Shown one piece after another: positions 43,864-44,687 of a DNA stretch of 44,687 nucleotides. Position 1 is the stretch's first letter; each line of letters opens with the position of its first letter. Source of the stretch: a virus (lineage: Duplodnaviria; Caudoviricetes); IMG/VR virus record IMGVR_UViG_3300013767_000205, positions 1-44,687 of that record, one strand, 5' to 3'. The notes under the pieces were generated by a model. The model did no database searches. It saw nothing but the letters and a program-made list of their open reading frames with translations, and had not been told where the DNA came from. Both the position numbers and the translations under genes were made by a program.

Positions 43864-44687
43864 AAATTGAACGCGCCTTGGCCCTCGACGTTGGAGGCCG
43901 TGGCCCAGAACTTGTGCGGCAGTGAATGCTTGGCCGCCATCAGCAACCAGTACAGCGGCTGGTTATTACTGCCCGTGAGCAAGCGCATGTCGGTGGAAGG
44001 CCACACGCCAAGGCCTGCGACCTTGTCGCGCCAGAACTGGAAGATCTGCTGCCGGAGTTCCTGCTGGCCCTGAATGATGGACACCTTCTCACGCCATCCG
44101 GGCGCGAAGGTGTCGAACGGCGAGTTGTCGGTGGTCGCGTAGGTCACGACGTTGCGCTGCAAGTCCATCTGGCTGATGTGAACCAGCATGTCGATGCGCT
44201 TGAGCGCTGACAGGGCGACGATGATGTCGAAGTTCAGCGCCGCCAGATCGAAGGGATCGAGAAACGCAAAATGCAGGCCGTAGGCGTTTAGCTGGGCGAT
44301 GACCTGTTTCACTGCATCGACTGCGGCACCGTCGATCTCGACCACCGGTGCGCCCAGATTCCTCAGGCGGGTTGCGGCGGCTTGACGCCGCTGGGTGTCG
44401 AGGTCGCCGATGAAGACCTGCGAGAACGGCGCGTTGCCTTCCTGGCTCTTCTTCCACGCAGCGACGACACCGCCGTCAATCCACTCGCCGGACTCCCGCA
44501 CCTTGCATCGGCCCGGGCCACAGAATAGGTCGATATAGGTCGCGCCCGCCTTGCCGGGGCCAAGATACTTCGCGCGGGTGCTGCGCGAAATGTCGATGTA
44601 GCGGCAGAGGTAGTCGTGCTTCTCCTTAGCCCAGACTCCCACTTCTTCGGCAGGCAGTCCATCGTCCCCATCGATCAGTTTTCCCAT
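43860..44687 (-). CDS. tcmP: Three-Cys-motif partner protein (TcmP-like, SAM methyltransferase-like fold)
   Basis: WAKEKH..RYI, YIDLFCGPG (SAM-binding motif I-like), FAFLDPF and C-terminal LYWLLMA. Adjacent to DUF5131. Confidence 0.82.
   Translation of the reverse strand: MGKLIDGDDGLPAEEVGVWAKEKHDYLCRYIDISRSTRAKYLGPGKAGATYIDLFCGPGRCKVRESGEWIDGGVVAAWKKSQEGNAPFSQVFIGDLDTQRRQAAATRLRNLGAPVVEIDGAAVDAVKQVIAQLNAYGLHFAFLDPFDLAALNFDIIVALSALKRIDMLVHISQMDLQRNVVTYATTDNSPFDTFAPGWREKVSIIQGQQELRQQIFQFWRDKVAGLGVWPSTDMRLLTGSNNQPLYWLLMAAKHSLPHKFWATASNVEGQGAFNF

Larger units (their letters stand above)
1..44687. mobile_element. Temperate siphovirus-like prophage with a large serine recombinase; boundaries not resolved
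   Basis: Ordered modules for immunity, integration, replication, packaging, head, tail and lysis. No host housekeeping genes. No obvious disrupting frameshifts in core virion genes. Confidence 0.93.

Noticed and set aside
1-44687. attL/attR, tRNA/rRNA genes, IS elements, diversity-generating retroelement, invertible tail segment
   Set aside because: No terminal repeats, RNA genes, transposase, reverse transcriptase or second invertase seen by eye. Serine-integrase att sites have very short cores and may lie outside the window.

Overview
The whole window reads as one apparently intact temperate, high-GC siphophage-like prophage. The host is probably a proteobacterium, inferred only from composition and gene content. 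No att sites or host genes are visible. From left to right it carries: a DUF2188-like gene and two unknown leftward genes under a divergent promoter/operator switch facing an XRE repressor and ImmA/IrrE protease pair; a cargo ORF; a DUF2924 / large serine recombinase / small partner module; an early replication and recombination operon (HTH, BRO, AAA ATPase, SSB-like, Cas4-like nuclease, Toprim-SF3 primase/helicase, candidate ori hairpin, RuvC-like); a lambda-like cos candidate; two ParB-fused DNA methyltransferases; an antisense array of small genes; lambda-like head genes; a non-contractile tail module with a -1 frameshift chaperone; lysis genes; and a right-end XRE + DUF5131 (three-Cys radical-SAM-like) + TcmP-like module. 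The most notable signals are: (i) a bipartite motif CTTGGCTT-N8-AACAGCGCGT found four times, 36-40 nt upstream of three antisense small genes and of the recombinase operon; (ii) GTTCGC boxes clustered at three control regions; (iii) the protease-controlled switch driving two uncharacterised genes; (iv) the DUF5131/TcmP pair sharing a CTAG stop palindrome. Family names come from motif recognition by eye, not from database searches.
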